This document shows positions 39,205 through 49,217 of a stretch of 64,000 nt of DNA, piece after piece. This DNA comes from a virus. The stretch lies in the IMG/VR virus record IMGVR_UViG_3300020392_000004; one strand, written 5' to 3'. The stretch's first letter is position 1. The number at the start of each line of letters is the position of its first letter. A program made the translations under genes and the position numbers. The notes beneath the pieces were generated by a model that did not search any database, had not been told where the DNA came from, and saw only the letters and a list, made by a program, of their open reading frames with translations.

Positions 39205-40461
39205 CTATTTACCTTTTTCAGAAGTCTTTGTAGAAAGACCTGATTTAACTAACTTAACTTGGTGTGTATGTGTTGCAAGTGTTGGTTTATTACCAGCGTC
39301 AGTTGAAATATCTTTCTTCGCATGAATTGTTGAATCGTTTGTTTGAGCCCCAGTCACATGTAATGTTCCTGTGACTGTAGTGTCTGATATAATCTCTGTT
39401 GTGTTATTACCTGTAATTGTTATCTTACCTTCCGACAATACATCTGTTGTTCCTTTGAGTATGTCTGCTTTGAGATTACCTTCTGTTATCTCGGAAGTCA
39501 CATTACCCTTCATTACTTTCATATCAACATTACCAGTATTTACTGTTATGTTTACATTACCATGACCAACCTGTAAATCTGTATTACCAGCTATATAAAC
39601 TTTATCGTCTTTTAGAATTGCAGTATAGTTATTGTTTACGATTCGTGTGACCTCTGAACCGTCTGCATGTATTTCATGGAATGTTCCTGACCTATGGTGA
39701 ACATTGATTCTTTCTTTACCTAATGTATCGTCTATTTCAAATACATGACCTGATTCTGACTGGTGAACTTTATTGTAAGGATATACTGGTGCAGAATCTA
39801 CATCTACAAAGTCTGATAAAATTTGTTGTGTTTGTGGGTGAACTATATCACCTTTTATTTTATGGTCTAATACTGAACCTCTTGCAAGTGAAGAGTAATC
39901 CGATTCGTCTGTATACAAAGGATAGTAAGGCAACATTTCTTTTGTCACCTCTAGTTCTTCTATTGTAGAACCTGTATTATCGTAATTAATTTTTAATTCT
40001 TTTGGAAACTTTGGTGCAGTATCCATTGCAGTAGTAAGACCAAAACCTCTTCTAGAATCTTGGACTGGGTTTGGGCCATCAGGTGTATCATTATAATCTG
40101 CAACTGTCAATTGTCTCGGGTCATTGAATCCTTTCTCGATTGACCTAGTAATAAGTTGGTCTGTAATAGATTCTTTATATCCTGCTTGAGGGATACCTGC
40201 CGATACACCTAGAACGATTGGGTCTTGTTTTGCCTTATCTCTAAAGTATCCAAAGACTGTAGTTCCTTCTACAAGACCGTGTCCTGTTCCTAGTCCTGAT
40301 AGACCAGCAGAAGTTGTAGGAAGTATTACTTGACACCATGGTAAATCAGGAGTTGCAATTAATATCTTCTCGTCTGTATGAATACCATGTATACGAACAC
40401 GAACTCTCCCAACCTTCAATGGGTCTTGTCTATCTTCAACTACTCCGTAAAAATATTCCAT
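39205..40461 (-). CDS. gp5: Baseplate hub/central spike protein without lysozyme domain
   Basis: OB-fold FYGVVEDRQDPLKVGRVRVR..G.H, YPYNKVHQSESGHVFEIDDT, beta-helix repeats, C-terminal THTH spike motif. Confidence 0.9.
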   Translation of the reverse strand: MEYFYGVVEDRQDPLKVGRVRVRIHGIHTDEKILIATPDLPWCQVILPTTSAGLSGLGTGHGLVEGTTVFGYFRDKAKQDPIVLGVSAGIPQAGYKESITDQLITRSIEKGFNDPRQLTVADYNDTPDGPNPVQDSRRGFGLTTAMDTAPKFPKELKINYDNTGSTIEELEVTKEMLPYYPLYTDESDYSSLARGSVLDHKIKGDIVHPQTQQILSDFVDVDSAPVYPYNKVHQSESGHVFEIDDTLGKERINVHHRSGTFHEIHADGSEVTRIVNNNYTAILKDDKVYIAGNTDLQVGHGNVNITVNTGNVDMKVMKGNVTSEITEGNLKADILKGTTDVLSEGKITITGNNTTEIISDTTVTGTLHVTGAQTNDSTIHAKKDISTDAGNKPTLATHTHQVKLVKSGLSTKTSEKGK

Positions 40462-41909
40462 TAATCTAAATCCTCAGCTGACGGTGCTTGTTCTAGAGGT
40501 TTAAAGTTTTCTATTTTACTTGCATAACTTTCTTTAACACATTCTAGATAACACACTCCAGTTTTATCTGTCGGGTCACATGATATAGATAGGTCTGTAA
40601 TTAAGTATCTATTATCATTTACCTTATCTTCTATCTCACCGTCTCCAGCAACTTCGGGTGAACTAATATCTAATTTTATTATCATACCTACAGATAAATC
40701 TGTTCTCAATGGTATACTTACGAGCATTCTATGTTGTTGTAAATTTTCTAACAAAGCTCTTCGTTCTAGAATACCAGTATCCTTTAATTTTCTCGGTTCA
40801 AATACTTCGGGGTCTGTTATATTCTCTGCATTATCAAAAGGGTGAGTTGCATGATAATCATTTACTATAATTGTGCTTGTTTCCTTTGTAGGTTGTAATT
40901 CTACAGATATCTCATCTATCGGTGGTGATACTTCGGGGTCAATCAGTAAGCCTGGTTGTAATACTCTTTCATAATCGTCAACATATAACATAGGATTTCC
41001 TGATACATGATTTCCCTTTTTCATAGTTTCTTCAAGGTTGTATACACTCTCTTCTTCTAGTTTTCTTATAGGGTCATATACTTTTAAAGTTGAGGCATAT
41101 GCACCACCGACTGTTCCTTGTAATGTATTAAATAATTGTGGTTTCTCATGATGTATAATAGTTGTATTCAATCCAGCTGGTGCATTTATATTTTCGTTTT
41201 CATTATCAATAACAACATTTTTTGGTTTATCATTGAACTCTACAGGAAATTCCATTTGACACATTTGGTCAAAACTTTGAAATCTAAATCCACCATTCAA
41301 TGTCTGAAAAAAGAACATACCATTTTTGTATGCATGTGATTCACCTGATTGTGAATTGTTAACAATGTAATCTATGAGTTCTGCAATAGTCCAGTTAGGA
41401 CATATAAATTGTTTATTTGCTGGAACTGTCTGTTCCCATGCGTCAAATTCTGCAACTCTAAATTTACATAAGTCAATCAAAACATTTTGTAAGATTTGGT
41501 CGTATCTTCCTCGTAATGTTTGACTTAATCTTTTTCTACGAACCGTAAACATTTTAGGGTCACATATTCTTATAACATAAGTTTGTGTTAGTGTTTGAGG
41601 TCTTTGAACATTATCTATTTTATATACTCGAAAAGTTTTATCTATTGCAAAATCGTCTGCAGCCTTTTCGTCTGTTCCTTCTTTCTGTCTAATCTTAATT
41701 CTAATAAATTCTTGACCTGTCATTCTAAAGTTTTTCAGAACATTTAATCCGTCAAATACATGGACTTCACCTGTCACAAATTTATTGTATATGGATTCGA
41801 ACAATTGAAAATTACTACACATTTGTTGTAGGTCAATTGATTCGTTATATTGATTTACTAGGGTGAATGAATCAAAAAAGAATTCACCCGCTGCATAGTT
41901 TCCACTCAT
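40461..41909 (-). CDS. Baseplate hub protein (gp27-like)
   Basis: Between gp53 and gp5; FESIY...G.V...DG.N....F..TGQE, FFFQTLNGGFRFQS motifs. Confidence 0.65.
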   Translation of the reverse strand: MSGNYAAGEFFFDSFTLVNQYNESIDLQQMCSNFQLFESIYNKFVTGEVHVFDGLNVLKNFRMTGQEFIRIKIRQKEGTDEKAADDFAIDKTFRVYKIDNVQRPQTLTQTYVIRICDPKMFTVRRKRLSQTLRGRYDQILQNVLIDLCKFRVAEFDAWEQTVPANKQFICPNWTIAELIDYIVNNSQSGESHAYKNGMFFFQTLNGGFRFQSFDQMCQMEFPVEFNDKPKNVVIDNENENINAPAGLNTTIIHHEKPQLFNTLQGTVGGAYASTLKVYDPIRKLEEESVYNLEETMKKGNHVSGNPMLYVDDYERVLQPGLLIDPEVSPPIDEISVELQPTKETSTIIVNDYHATHPFDNAENITDPEVFEPRKLKDTGILERRALLENLQQHRMLVSIPLRTDLSVGMIIKLDISSPEVAGDGEIEDKVNDNRYLITDLSISCDPTDKTGVCYLECVKESYASKIENFKPLEQAPSAEDLD

Positions 41910-42649
41910 GATTTCATTACACGCTCAAACTCTGATACAACTTTTCCTAGTCTAGCAGGTTTGATAATTTTTATATTTCTCTTCTCTTCGTTTCTTTCGT
42001 ATTCTTCCTCATAAAAAGATTTTGCTGTATATCCATTTTCAAATTGATTTTTTCGTAGAGTTCCTTTATAATAATAACATACCCCGTCTCTTTTATTAAT
42101 TGTTGATACTGGAGTAAATGACATAGGATTATCAGAAGTATCCTTTACTGATTGTGCAGAGGATAAAGCACCAGTTTTAAAATCCCCTTTTAATACTTTA
42201 ATTCCTAGTCTTTTATGTAGAGGGTCGACCTCTGTCACAACTCCTTCTGAATCAAGTGTGGTGACGGTTTCTCCTATTAAGAACTTGTATGATACACCAC
42301 TGGAATAATTGACTAAATCTGTAGAGTTAGGTGCAACACAATATATACCTTCATATTTTTTCTCTATATATGTTTCAAACTCTTGACTACTTTTAAACCA
42401 TTCAAGGTAATTGTCAAAATCATTAACTAGATAGAACACCCAGTGCAAATCACCATTACCGTATAATTTTGTTGCAACTGTATCAGGTCTATCTCCTTCT
42501 GATAACTCATAAGTTGTATATTCAATTAATCCTGTGACAGCTTCTTGTTCTATTTTTGACTTTCTAAAGAAATCTTTTATAGTGATAATCTTACCATTAG
42601 ATAAGGTATATTGCATTTCAGGAAAATTTTTAAAATATTCTTGAGCCAT
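41906..42649 (-). CDS. gp53: Baseplate wedge protein
   Basis: YFKNFP...Y, EGDRPDTVA.KLYG...LHWV..LVN, YEEEYERNEEKRNIKIIKP. Confidence 0.9.
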   Translation of the reverse strand: MAQEYFKNFPEMQYTLSNGKIITIKDFFRKSKIEQEAVTGLIEYTTYELSEGDRPDTVATKLYGNGDLHWVFYLVNDFDNYLEWFKSSQEFETYIEKKYEGIYCVAPNSTDLVNYSSGVSYKFLIGETVTTLDSEGVVTEVDPLHKRLGIKVLKGDFKTGALSSAQSVKDTSDNPMSFTPVSTINKRDGVCYYYKGTLRKNQFENGYTAKSFYEEEYERNEEKRNIKIIKPARLGKVVSEFERVMKS

Positions 42650-42650
42650 A

Positions 42651-43778
42651 TTATCCTCCTGTATCTTCGTCTAATATACTTGGTGAACCACCTGTCAAAT
42701 TACCAGCAATTGCTCTTGCACCAACATGTGAATCGTAAGTTTCTTGAGTTATCAATCTTATTTCAGAGAATGATAAATCCATTGTAGTGTGTGCTGGATA
42801 ATGAGTCACACCCTGACCAAACGGGTCTCCTGCTTCTGTTCCTCCAGCAATAATGGCTTTGGGGTCACCACCAAATGTTCCAACACTAACATCTGTGCAT
42901 ACGGAAGGTAAAAATCCTTCAACATTATCTGCAATTGGGCCTTCAAGTTTTATGTCAAAAACATTTGGGTAGTTAAAAAAGTTTTCATTTGGTGAGGTTG
43001 ATTCAAATGAAGCAAATGTATCGGGTAGAGCTGCAAGTTTGAAAGTTCTTACGATTTCCATAACCTCTCTTGCTTCTTCTTCACTCTTTGGCCAAAACTC
43101 AAATTGAAAAGATAAGTCTCTAAATTCTACCCCTTCTAACATTTGTTCTAACATAGGGTTTGCAGCCATGCCTTGTCGTAGATTACGAACTCCACCTGAC
43201 ATACCATTCATGATTTTATTTCCTAAATCACCAACTACACCTTTTACTTCGTTGATAACACCTTCTACTTTTGAACCTTTAAAATCTACTTCTGTGTTTT
43301 TAGTTGTATCTCTTCCTCTTTGGAATGTGCTTATACCTTCACTCCCTGAATAACCCACTGCAACATTGGAATCGTAATCAACAAGATATAATGCAACTGT
43401 TCTAGTCTCTGATGAAAAGTAATTACCACCTTTTTCGTTTCCACCGTCTCTTGCCTTTCTCGGTCTCATGTTAAAAACGATAAAATTGTCTCCTTCAGCT
43501 TCTAAAGGATATTGTAAATCTACATGATTTAGGTTAGGTGCATTTTTTACCTTTTTTCTTCCTGAATTTACACTCGATATTTGTGATTGTAAAGTATTTG
43601 CTCTATCAGCTAACTTTTTTCTGTTTTCTTCGGTTATAGATTGTAGTTTATCTACTTCTTCGGTGTTAACTCCACCCTTGTATCCTATACTCTCAATCTT
43701 TGACTTGATACCTTTGACTGATTTGATTGCTTGTGAAGCCTGATTTACTTTGTTTAATAATTTGTTAATATTTGGCAT
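42651..43778 (-). CDS. gp48: Baseplate tail tube cap
   Basis: LQYPL, ANPMLEQMLEGVEFRDLSFQFEFWPKSEEEA.EV..IV..FK, YPNVF.I, MDLSFSE. Confidence 0.85.
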   Translation of the reverse strand: MPNINKLLNKVNQASQAIKSVKGIKSKIESIGYKGGVNTEEVDKLQSITEENRKKLADRANTLQSQISSVNSGRKKVKNAPNLNHVDLQYPLEAEGDNFIVFNMRPRKARDGGNEKGGNYFSSETRTVALYLVDYDSNVAVGYSGSEGISTFQRGRDTTKNTEVDFKGSKVEGVINEVKGVVGDLGNKIMNGMSGGVRNLRQGMAANPMLEQMLEGVEFRDLSFQFEFWPKSEEEAREVMEIVRTFKLAALPDTFASFESTSPNENFFNYPNVFDIKLEGPIADNVEGFLPSVCTDVSVGTFGGDPKAIIAGGTEAGDPFGQGVTHYPAHTTMDLSFSEIRLITQETYDSHVGARAIAGNLTGGSPSILDEDTGG

Positions 43779-43816
43779 ATAAATATCCTAAAATAAAGGT
43801 CTTAATTCTATTTATG
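43778..43816. promoter_or_regulatory. Face-to-face late promoters at the gp48/gp4 divergence
   Basis: TATAAATA on + at 43778-43785 (towards gp4) and CATAAATA on - at 43809-43816 (towards gp48), each overlapping the opposite gene's start codon. Confidence 0.7.
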
Positions 43817-44260
43817 TCATACAGTGGTAAGTTTAAACCGAAGAATTACAAAAAATACAAGGGAGACCCTACAAAAATCTATTATAGGTCTTTGTGGGAA
43901 AGAAGATTCATGGTTTACTGTGATAATAACCCTAATATTGTTGAATGGGGAAGTGAGGAAATCATAATCCCTTACAAATCTCCTGTTGATAAAAGAGTTC
44001 ATAGGTATTTTCCTGATTTTTACATAAAATATGTAAATTCCAAAGGACAAGCAATACGAGAAATCATAGAAGTAAAACCAAAGTCTCAATGTAAACCTCC
44101 ACCAGTCCCAAAAAGACAAACTAGGAAGTTTAAACAAAAAGTTTTGACCTATATAATTAATCAGGCAAAGTTCAAAGCTGCAGAAGAGTTTTGTAAAGAC
44201 CGAAAAATGGGATTTCGTATTTTAACGGAAGACCATTTAGTCCCAAAAAAGAAAAAGTGA
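43814..44260 (+). CDS. gp4: Head completion nuclease
   Basis: MSYSGKFKPKNYKKYKGDPTKIYYRSLWE...WGSEE..IPY...HRYFPDF...IEVKP; start moved from 43772 to the ATG at 43814. Confidence 0.93.
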   Translation: MSYSGKFKPKNYKKYKGDPTKIYYRSLWERRFMVYCDNNPNIVEWGSEEIIIPYKSPVDKRVHRYFPDFYIKYVNSKGQAIREIIEVKPKSQCKPPPVPKRQTRKFKQKVLTYIINQAKFKAAEEFCKDRKMGFRILTEDHLVPKKKK

Positions 44261-44847
44261 AGAAATTAATAGTATTTGATTTAGACGGAGTCCTAATTGA
44301 CTCTTTACCCAATATGAAACTGTCATGGGATACAGTTAGACACACCCATAACATAGAAACACCTTTCGAATCATATCAAAAACACATAGGTAAACCTTTT
44401 CCTGATATAATGAATGCATTAGGAGTCCCTCTAAAGGTTCAATCAACTTATGAAGAGGCCTCTGAACAAAATTTAGATAAAATAAAATTATATGAAGGTG
44501 CATTTGATACACTTACTGTCTTAAAACAAAATTATAAGATTGCAATTTGCACTTCTAAAGGAGAAAAAAGAACAAGTCTAATTTTAGAACAATTGCCTGA
44601 CTTTGATTGGGTCTGTTCACCTACTATGGGCCTTCGAGGTAAACCTGCTCCCGACCAATTACTACATACTATGGCATTCTGTAATTCAGAACCAAGTGAA
44701 ACAATTTATATTGGTGATATGCAGACTGATTATGAATGTGCAAAGAGGGCTGGAGTAGATTTTATACATGCAAAATATGGATATGGAGAAGTTGAATGCG
44801 AAGTATCGCTAGAATCGATTACGAATCTGAACTCGTTGTTGGTCTAA
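44257..44847 (+). CDS. HAD-family phosphatase
   Basis: Motif I FDLDGVLIDS, CTSK, KPAP, YIGDMQTD; GTG start overlapping the gp4 stop. Confidence 0.9.
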   Translation: MKKLIVFDLDGVLIDSLPNMKLSWDTVRHTHNIETPFESYQKHIGKPFPDIMNALGVPLKVQSTYEEASEQNLDKIKLYEGAFDTLTVLKQNYKIAICTSKGEKRTSLILEQLPDFDWVCSPTMGLRGKPAPDQLLHTMAFCNSEPSETIYIGDMQTDYECAKRAGVDFIHAKYGYGEVECEVSLESITNLNSLLV

Positions 44848-45524
44848 TACCAGCAAGGTGGAAATCAACAAGATTTGAGGGTAAACCTCTTGTAGATATT
44901 TGTGATATACCTATGATAAAGAGAGTATATGACCGTGCCTGTATGGCAAAACAACTTGATACAGTTGTAGTTCTTACAGACGATTCTAGAATATCTAATT
45001 ATTGTTCAAAACAAGAAATGAGGTGTATAGTTATTGAGGAAGAATGTGCAACTGGAACAGACAGGTGTGCAAAAGCTTTGAGTTTGTTAGACGGAGATAT
45101 CTTTGTTAACATACAAGGGGACGAACCTTTGATTAATCCTGATGCAATCAATCAAATGATTACAGATTTTGACGATGATACTGATATCGTAAATGCATAT
45201 GTCGAAGTTGACCAAGAATATAAGTTAACTGACCCAAATGTAGTCAAGGTTGTCATGGATAAAGATAATCATGCACTATATTATAGTCGACTACCTATTT
45301 CTAGGAATCAACAATTAGGTCTTTATGCATATCGAAGAAATATGTTAGATATTTTTCCACACATGGATAGACATAGAAACGAAATAGAAGAAAATGTTGA
45401 AATGTTAAGATATCTAGAGAATGGTTTCGTAGTAAAAATGATTAGAGTTGAAGACGAAGGCCTATCCGTAGACACACCTGACGATTTAAAGCTAGTTGAA
45501 TTAAAAATAAAGAGTTATAACTAA
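44796..45524 (+). CDS. kdsB: CMP-KDO synthetase-like cytidylyltransferase
   Basis: IPARWKSTRFEGKPL, TGTDR, VNIQGDEPLI, PNVVKVV, LYYSR, GLYAY, E.LRYLENG, SVDTPDDL. Confidence 0.88.
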   Translation: MRSIARIDYESELVVGLIPARWKSTRFEGKPLVDICDIPMIKRVYDRACMAKQLDTVVVLTDDSRISNYCSKQEMRCIVIEEECATGTDRCAKALSLLDGDIFVNIQGDEPLINPDAINQMITDFDDDTDIVNAYVEVDQEYKLTDPNVVKVVMDKDNHALYYSRLPISRNQQLGLYAYRRNMLDIFPHMDRHRNEIEENVEMLRYLENGFVVKMIRVEDEGLSVDTPDDLKLVELKIKSYN

Positions 45525-46345
45525 TGCCTATAGAACATATTGCAGTCCAAGACCATGAGGGAAGACAACTTACAGACGAACAAGTCAAAGAATTGTTTAC
45601 ACCATACTTAAAATCAAATCCAAAACTCATATCCTTTGACCGTGCAAAGGCAGAAGGTATATACAACAATGTATCAGTGTATGAGAACGAACATCGTATG
45701 GAAACTATTGACTTTTATGGGTTGTATTTTCTGTATGGTTGGAATCTAGACTTCAAAGAAAGTGAATTTCATGAATTTATGTCAGACCACCATAGAAATT
45801 GTTTCTTTCATGCAGTAAAACTTCAATGGTTAGTAGATTGTATCAAGACCCAAGGTCTATATTCAGTCCCACAGGCAATCTTAAAAGAGAATAAACAACA
45901 TTGGTTTGCCCACCCAGGCCAGTTTAGAGTTCATGCAATAGAATATACAGACTCAAACGAAGACTTTGTGTTATGGGACATTGGAGATAAGATAAATTTA
46001 CCAAAATTAACCTTTGAAGAATGGTGGAAACTCTACAGTCACCATAATGAAAGGTCTATATTCTTTGCAAAGTTCGAAGATAAACTAGAAGTCCACATTG
46101 GAGAGGAGAGAATAGAACTCTATGGTCAAGTAAAAGAGACTATTGAGTGTTTTGGCGGTAAGAAAGCCACCCTAGAAGGCACCTGTGACCCGATTCTAGA
46201 GGATTTATTCGGTGAGGAGGAGTCTAATATCAAAATAGTAGGACATGTCGGTATAAAGGACTGTAGACACTTTCTAGATTTCATGCCAAATAAGAAAATA
46301 ATTGAAAAAGAAAACTTCACTTTATATAACAATTATCATAAATAA
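45524..46345 (+). CDS. Hypothetical protein with ParB/Srx-like domain, paralogous to the N-terminus of 10848-12509
   Basis: FFHAVKLQWLVDCIKTQGLYSVPQ...HPGQFR matches FYHAAKAHWLINDIQNNGLWQPIQ...HPGSMR. Confidence 0.65.
   Translation: MPIEHIAVQDHEGRQLTDEQVKELFTPYLKSNPKLISFDRAKAEGIYNNVSVYENEHRMETIDFYGLYFLYGWNLDFKESEFHEFMSDHHRNCFFHAVKLQWLVDCIKTQGLYSVPQAILKENKQHWFAHPGQFRVHAIEYTDSNEDFVLWDIGDKINLPKLTFEEWWKLYSHHNERSIFFAKFEDKLEVHIGEERIELYGQVKETIECFGGKKATLEGTCDPILEDLFGEEESNIKIVGHVGIKDCRHFLDFMPNKKIIEKENFTLYNNYHK
46337..46344 (+). promoter_or_regulatory. Late promoter variant CATAAATA for gp2
   Basis: 7 nt upstream of the ATG at 46352. Confidence 0.65.
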
Positions 46346-46351
46346 TAGACT

Positions 46352-46981
46352 ATGGCTAGTCTATTCCAAGAATTAATCACTGCAAGAGATGAAGCTCTCA
46401 CAGAAGGTCAGACAATATATTCAATAAGGGATTTAGAAGACCCTAAAAATAAAGGTGCAGTTCGTGAATCTTTACAATGGTTTAGAATTAACATACGAGA
46501 AATTAGAAGAACACCTGATTCTATTATGAAAGAGAATCAGAACTTTGTTTCGAGAATAGAACTCGGTAAATTCTACATGTTTTATTACGATGCAGAAACT
46601 AAAGATAAATTACCATACTATGATAACTTTCCAGTTGTAATGTGTTTAAAAAGATATTCAACTGGATTTTTAGGATTAAACTTTCATTACATATCACCAA
46701 AGTATAGAGTGTTCTTAATGGAAGCATTGTTAGGATTTATAAACGAAAATAAAGATAAGCCAGAAGATACAAGAATTAGAGTTTTTTATAAAATGATAAA
46801 AGGTATTAGTAGACTTCGTTGGGCAAAACCATGTGTCAAACAATACTATTACAAAAATATAGATTCAATGATGTGTCAAATAATGCCAAAACATTGGAGT
46901 CTAGTCACTATGTTGCCCGTGCAAAAATTTAAGGGTGAGGGTGCAAATACAGTTTACAAAAAAAGTAAGGATAAATTTTAA
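46352..46981 (+). CDS. gp2: DNA end protector protein
   Basis: GKFYMFYYDAETKDKLPYYDNFP, GFLGLNFHY, KPCVKQY, LPVQKF. Confidence 0.9.
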   Translation: MASLFQELITARDEALTEGQTIYSIRDLEDPKNKGAVRESLQWFRINIREIRRTPDSIMKENQNFVSRIELGKFYMFYYDAETKDKLPYYDNFPVVMCLKRYSTGFLGLNFHYISPKYRVFLMEALLGFINENKDKPEDTRIRVFYKMIKGISRLRWAKPCVKQYYYKNIDSMMCQIMPKHWSLVTMLPVQKFKGEGANTVYKKSKDKF

Positions 46982-47886
46982 TGGCAATCAATGACAAGTA
47001 TAAGGGTAAACCACCAGTCGAGGATTATTTAAAAGACCCTGGCTATGGTAAAACAACTACTGACAGAATCAAAGCATACATAGGACAACCGATTGTATCG
47101 AACAGATTTTTTGTTTCATTCCATGCATTACCTAAAGGCTTTGGTCAAGCAATACAACAGAGTGGATTACAAGGTTGTGGCCCCTATGCAGATGCATTAA
47201 ATATTATGTGTCAAGCTGTCACACTGCCAGGCAAAGCTTTAGATATTGCAGAACATTCAACATTTGGCCCAGATAGAAGTATGCCAGAAGGAAGAGTTGA
47301 TTTTGGAGATACTGTAGCTCTAACATTTTATTGTGACCCATTCTTTTTAGATAGATTTATTATTGAAGAATGGTTAAAAATGGTTCACTCTTCAAATATA
47401 GAAACAAATAGTGAACTAAAAGGAATGAATACAATATTCAGATTCTATGACGAATATGCAAAGAACTGTGAATTTTCAGTTTTTGTTTTGAGAAAAGACG
47501 GAACCGTTGCAATGAAATATACATTCCATGAAGCCTATCCAACATCGTATGACCCTATGTCACTCGATACAGAACAGACAGATACATTGTTAAAGTTTAG
47601 TGTTAACATGAATTACAGATATTTTAGTGTAGAATATCCCGAGACTACAGATAGAATCGAGCTGACACAACCGAAGGAATCAAACTTTTCTATAAGCAGA
47701 CTAAATAAAGGAAGAAGAGTATTTGATGCAATTCTCGATTCACTCAAGGTTGCATCAAGATTTAATTCAAAGGCAGGAGATATATTAAATAGTCTATCTA
47801 AAGTAGATTCATATATAACTCGTGCTGGGACTATAGGTCGGGACATAAATCCCGAGTTTATAACTAATAGAAGAAGGGGTCGTTAA
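46981..47886 (+). CDS. gp54: Baseplate tail tube initiator (gp54-like, tube fold)
   Basis: NRF.V, MCQAVTLPG, LTFYCD, W..MV, FYDEY, YTFHEAYP...L, F.V...YRY; between gp2 and gp26. Confidence 0.75.
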   Translation: MAINDKYKGKPPVEDYLKDPGYGKTTTDRIKAYIGQPIVSNRFFVSFHALPKGFGQAIQQSGLQGCGPYADALNIMCQAVTLPGKALDIAEHSTFGPDRSMPEGRVDFGDTVALTFYCDPFFLDRFIIEEWLKMVHSSNIETNSELKGMNTIFRFYDEYAKNCEFSVFVLRKDGTVAMKYTFHEAYPTSYDPMSLDTEQTDTLLKFSVNMNYRYFSVEYPETTDRIELTQPKESNFSISRLNKGRRVFDAILDSLKVASRFNSKAGDILNSLSKVDSYITRAGTIGRDINPEFITNRRRGR

Positions 47887-47907
47887 ACCCCATAGAGGAA
47901 ATATATT

Positions 47908-48621
47908 ATGGCTTTACCAATACAATCGGCACCGAAGTATACAATTAGTTTACCAAGTGACGGAAAAGAAGTGAAGTTTCGTCCTTTCCTAGTGAAAGAG
48001 CAGAAATTACTTATGCTTGCTCAAGAGGAAAATGACGAAGGGAAAGTTATGGAAGCTGTCAAAGACCTAATAAGGACTGTGACCTTCCAAGAAGTTGAAC
48101 CTGAAACCTTGCCTATTATCGATATGGAATATTTATTCCTCAAGATAAGAGCAAAGAGTGTAGGTGAAACTGCAAATATAAAGCTGACTTGCAATGACGC
48201 TGATTGCCCAGACGAAGGTCGGGGAACAGGTGATGCAGTCGTTAACATAGATGAAGTTGAAGTAGTAGGTGACGAACCTGAAATGAAGATTATGATTAAT
48301 GATGAAATAGGTATCGAGTTTAGATATCCTACAGTTGGAGACATGGGTGGAGTAGAAACACTTGACCAAGGTTCTCAAACTATTGAAGTGATAAAGAAAT
48401 CAATCAAGTCAATCTATACAGAGGAAGATGTTTTTTTAGCAAAAGATACTTCTGATAATGAACTAACTGAATTCGTAGAGAATTTAACAGTTCAACAATT
48501 AGAAAAACTAGGTGGTTTCTTTCAAGCATTACCAAGACTACAAAAAGATGTTAGTGCAAAATGTAATACATGTGGAAAAGGTATAGATAAGATTCTTATA
48601 GGATTACAGAATTTTTTTTAG
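47908..48621 (+). CDS. gp26: Baseplate hub assembly protein
   Basis: MALP....PKY...LPS.GKEVKFRPFLVKEQK.L..A.E, D.EYLFLKIRAKSVGE, CxxC near the end, terminates GLQNFF. Confidence 0.9.
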   Translation: MALPIQSAPKYTISLPSDGKEVKFRPFLVKEQKLLMLAQEENDEGKVMEAVKDLIRTVTFQEVEPETLPIIDMEYLFLKIRAKSVGETANIKLTCNDADCPDEGRGTGDAVVNIDEVEVVGDEPEMKIMINDEIGIEFRYPTVGDMGGVETLDQGSQTIEVIKKSIKSIYTEEDVFLAKDTSDNELTEFVENLTVQQLEKLGGFFQALPRLQKDVSAKCNTCGKGIDKILIGLQNFF

Positions 48622-48815
48622 TAGCCCTTTCACATGAGAACTTACTAAACTATTATAACACTAACTTTCAGTTAATGCAACACCACAAGTATTCATTAAC
48701 TGAACTAGATGATATGATGCCTTGGGAAAGGGAAATATACATCAAACTACTTCTTAATCATCTTGAAGAAGAACGAGAGAGAGAAAGACAAAGAAACTCT
48801 CGTGCTAAAAGATAG
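48618..48815 (+). CDS. gp51: gp51-like baseplate hub assembly protein; probably reached by -1 frameshift from gp26 (first in-frame ATG only at 48675)
   Basis: Not in the ORF track; manual translation LVALSHENLLNYYNTNFQLMQHHKYSLTELDDMMPWEREIYIKLLLNHLEEERERERQRNSRAKR*. Confidence 0.85.
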   Translation, partial: LVALSHENLLNYYNTNFQLMQHHKYSLTELDDMMPWEREIYIKLLLNHLEEERERERQRNSRAKR

Positions 48816-48824
48816 GAGAGAGAT

Positions 48825-49208
48825 ATGTCCGATAGAGAAAAATTTTCGGGTGACATGAGTAGGAATGAAGTTGAAATAGACTTAAGCAAGTTTATGGAAA
48901 TGGTGACAGAGAACAACGACCTCAAACAAAAAATTTGGGAGTTGGAACATGATAGTAAAACTAACCCTTGGCAGAAATATATATTTCTTGCAAAGGCAGT
49001 TGACGCATGGAGAATATGGCCAAGAGCATTTTTAAGTGTTTACATATTCTTAATTTACTTCGTGGTTATGTGGTTCCTCGATTTAGAAGCACCAACTATG
49101 GAACAATCAGGTTTGATATCAATTCTTGTTGGAGCAGGAGCTGCTTGGTTTGGACTATATGTTAATAGTGCAGCCAAGGAACACGATTCAGACAATCAAA
49201 AAAAATAG
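48825..49208 (+). CDS. Membrane protein with two TM helices (holin-like, hypothetical)
   Basis: VDAWRIWPRAFLSVYIFLIYFVVMWF and GLISILVGAGAAWFGLY hydrophobic segments; SD GGAGAG. Confidence 0.65.
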   Translation: MSDREKFSGDMSRNEVEIDLSKFMEMVTENNDLKQKIWELEHDSKTNPWQKYIFLAKAVDAWRIWPRAFLSVYIFLIYFVVMWFLDLEAPTMEQSGLISILVGAGAAWFGLYVNSAAKEHDSDNQKK

Positions 49209-49217
49209 GGAGATAAC

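Noticed and set aside
39205-40461. Missing lysozyme domain in gp5 as a novelty
   Set aside because: Common among marine T4-like phages; a separate SleB-type hydrolase is encoded at 57688-58221.
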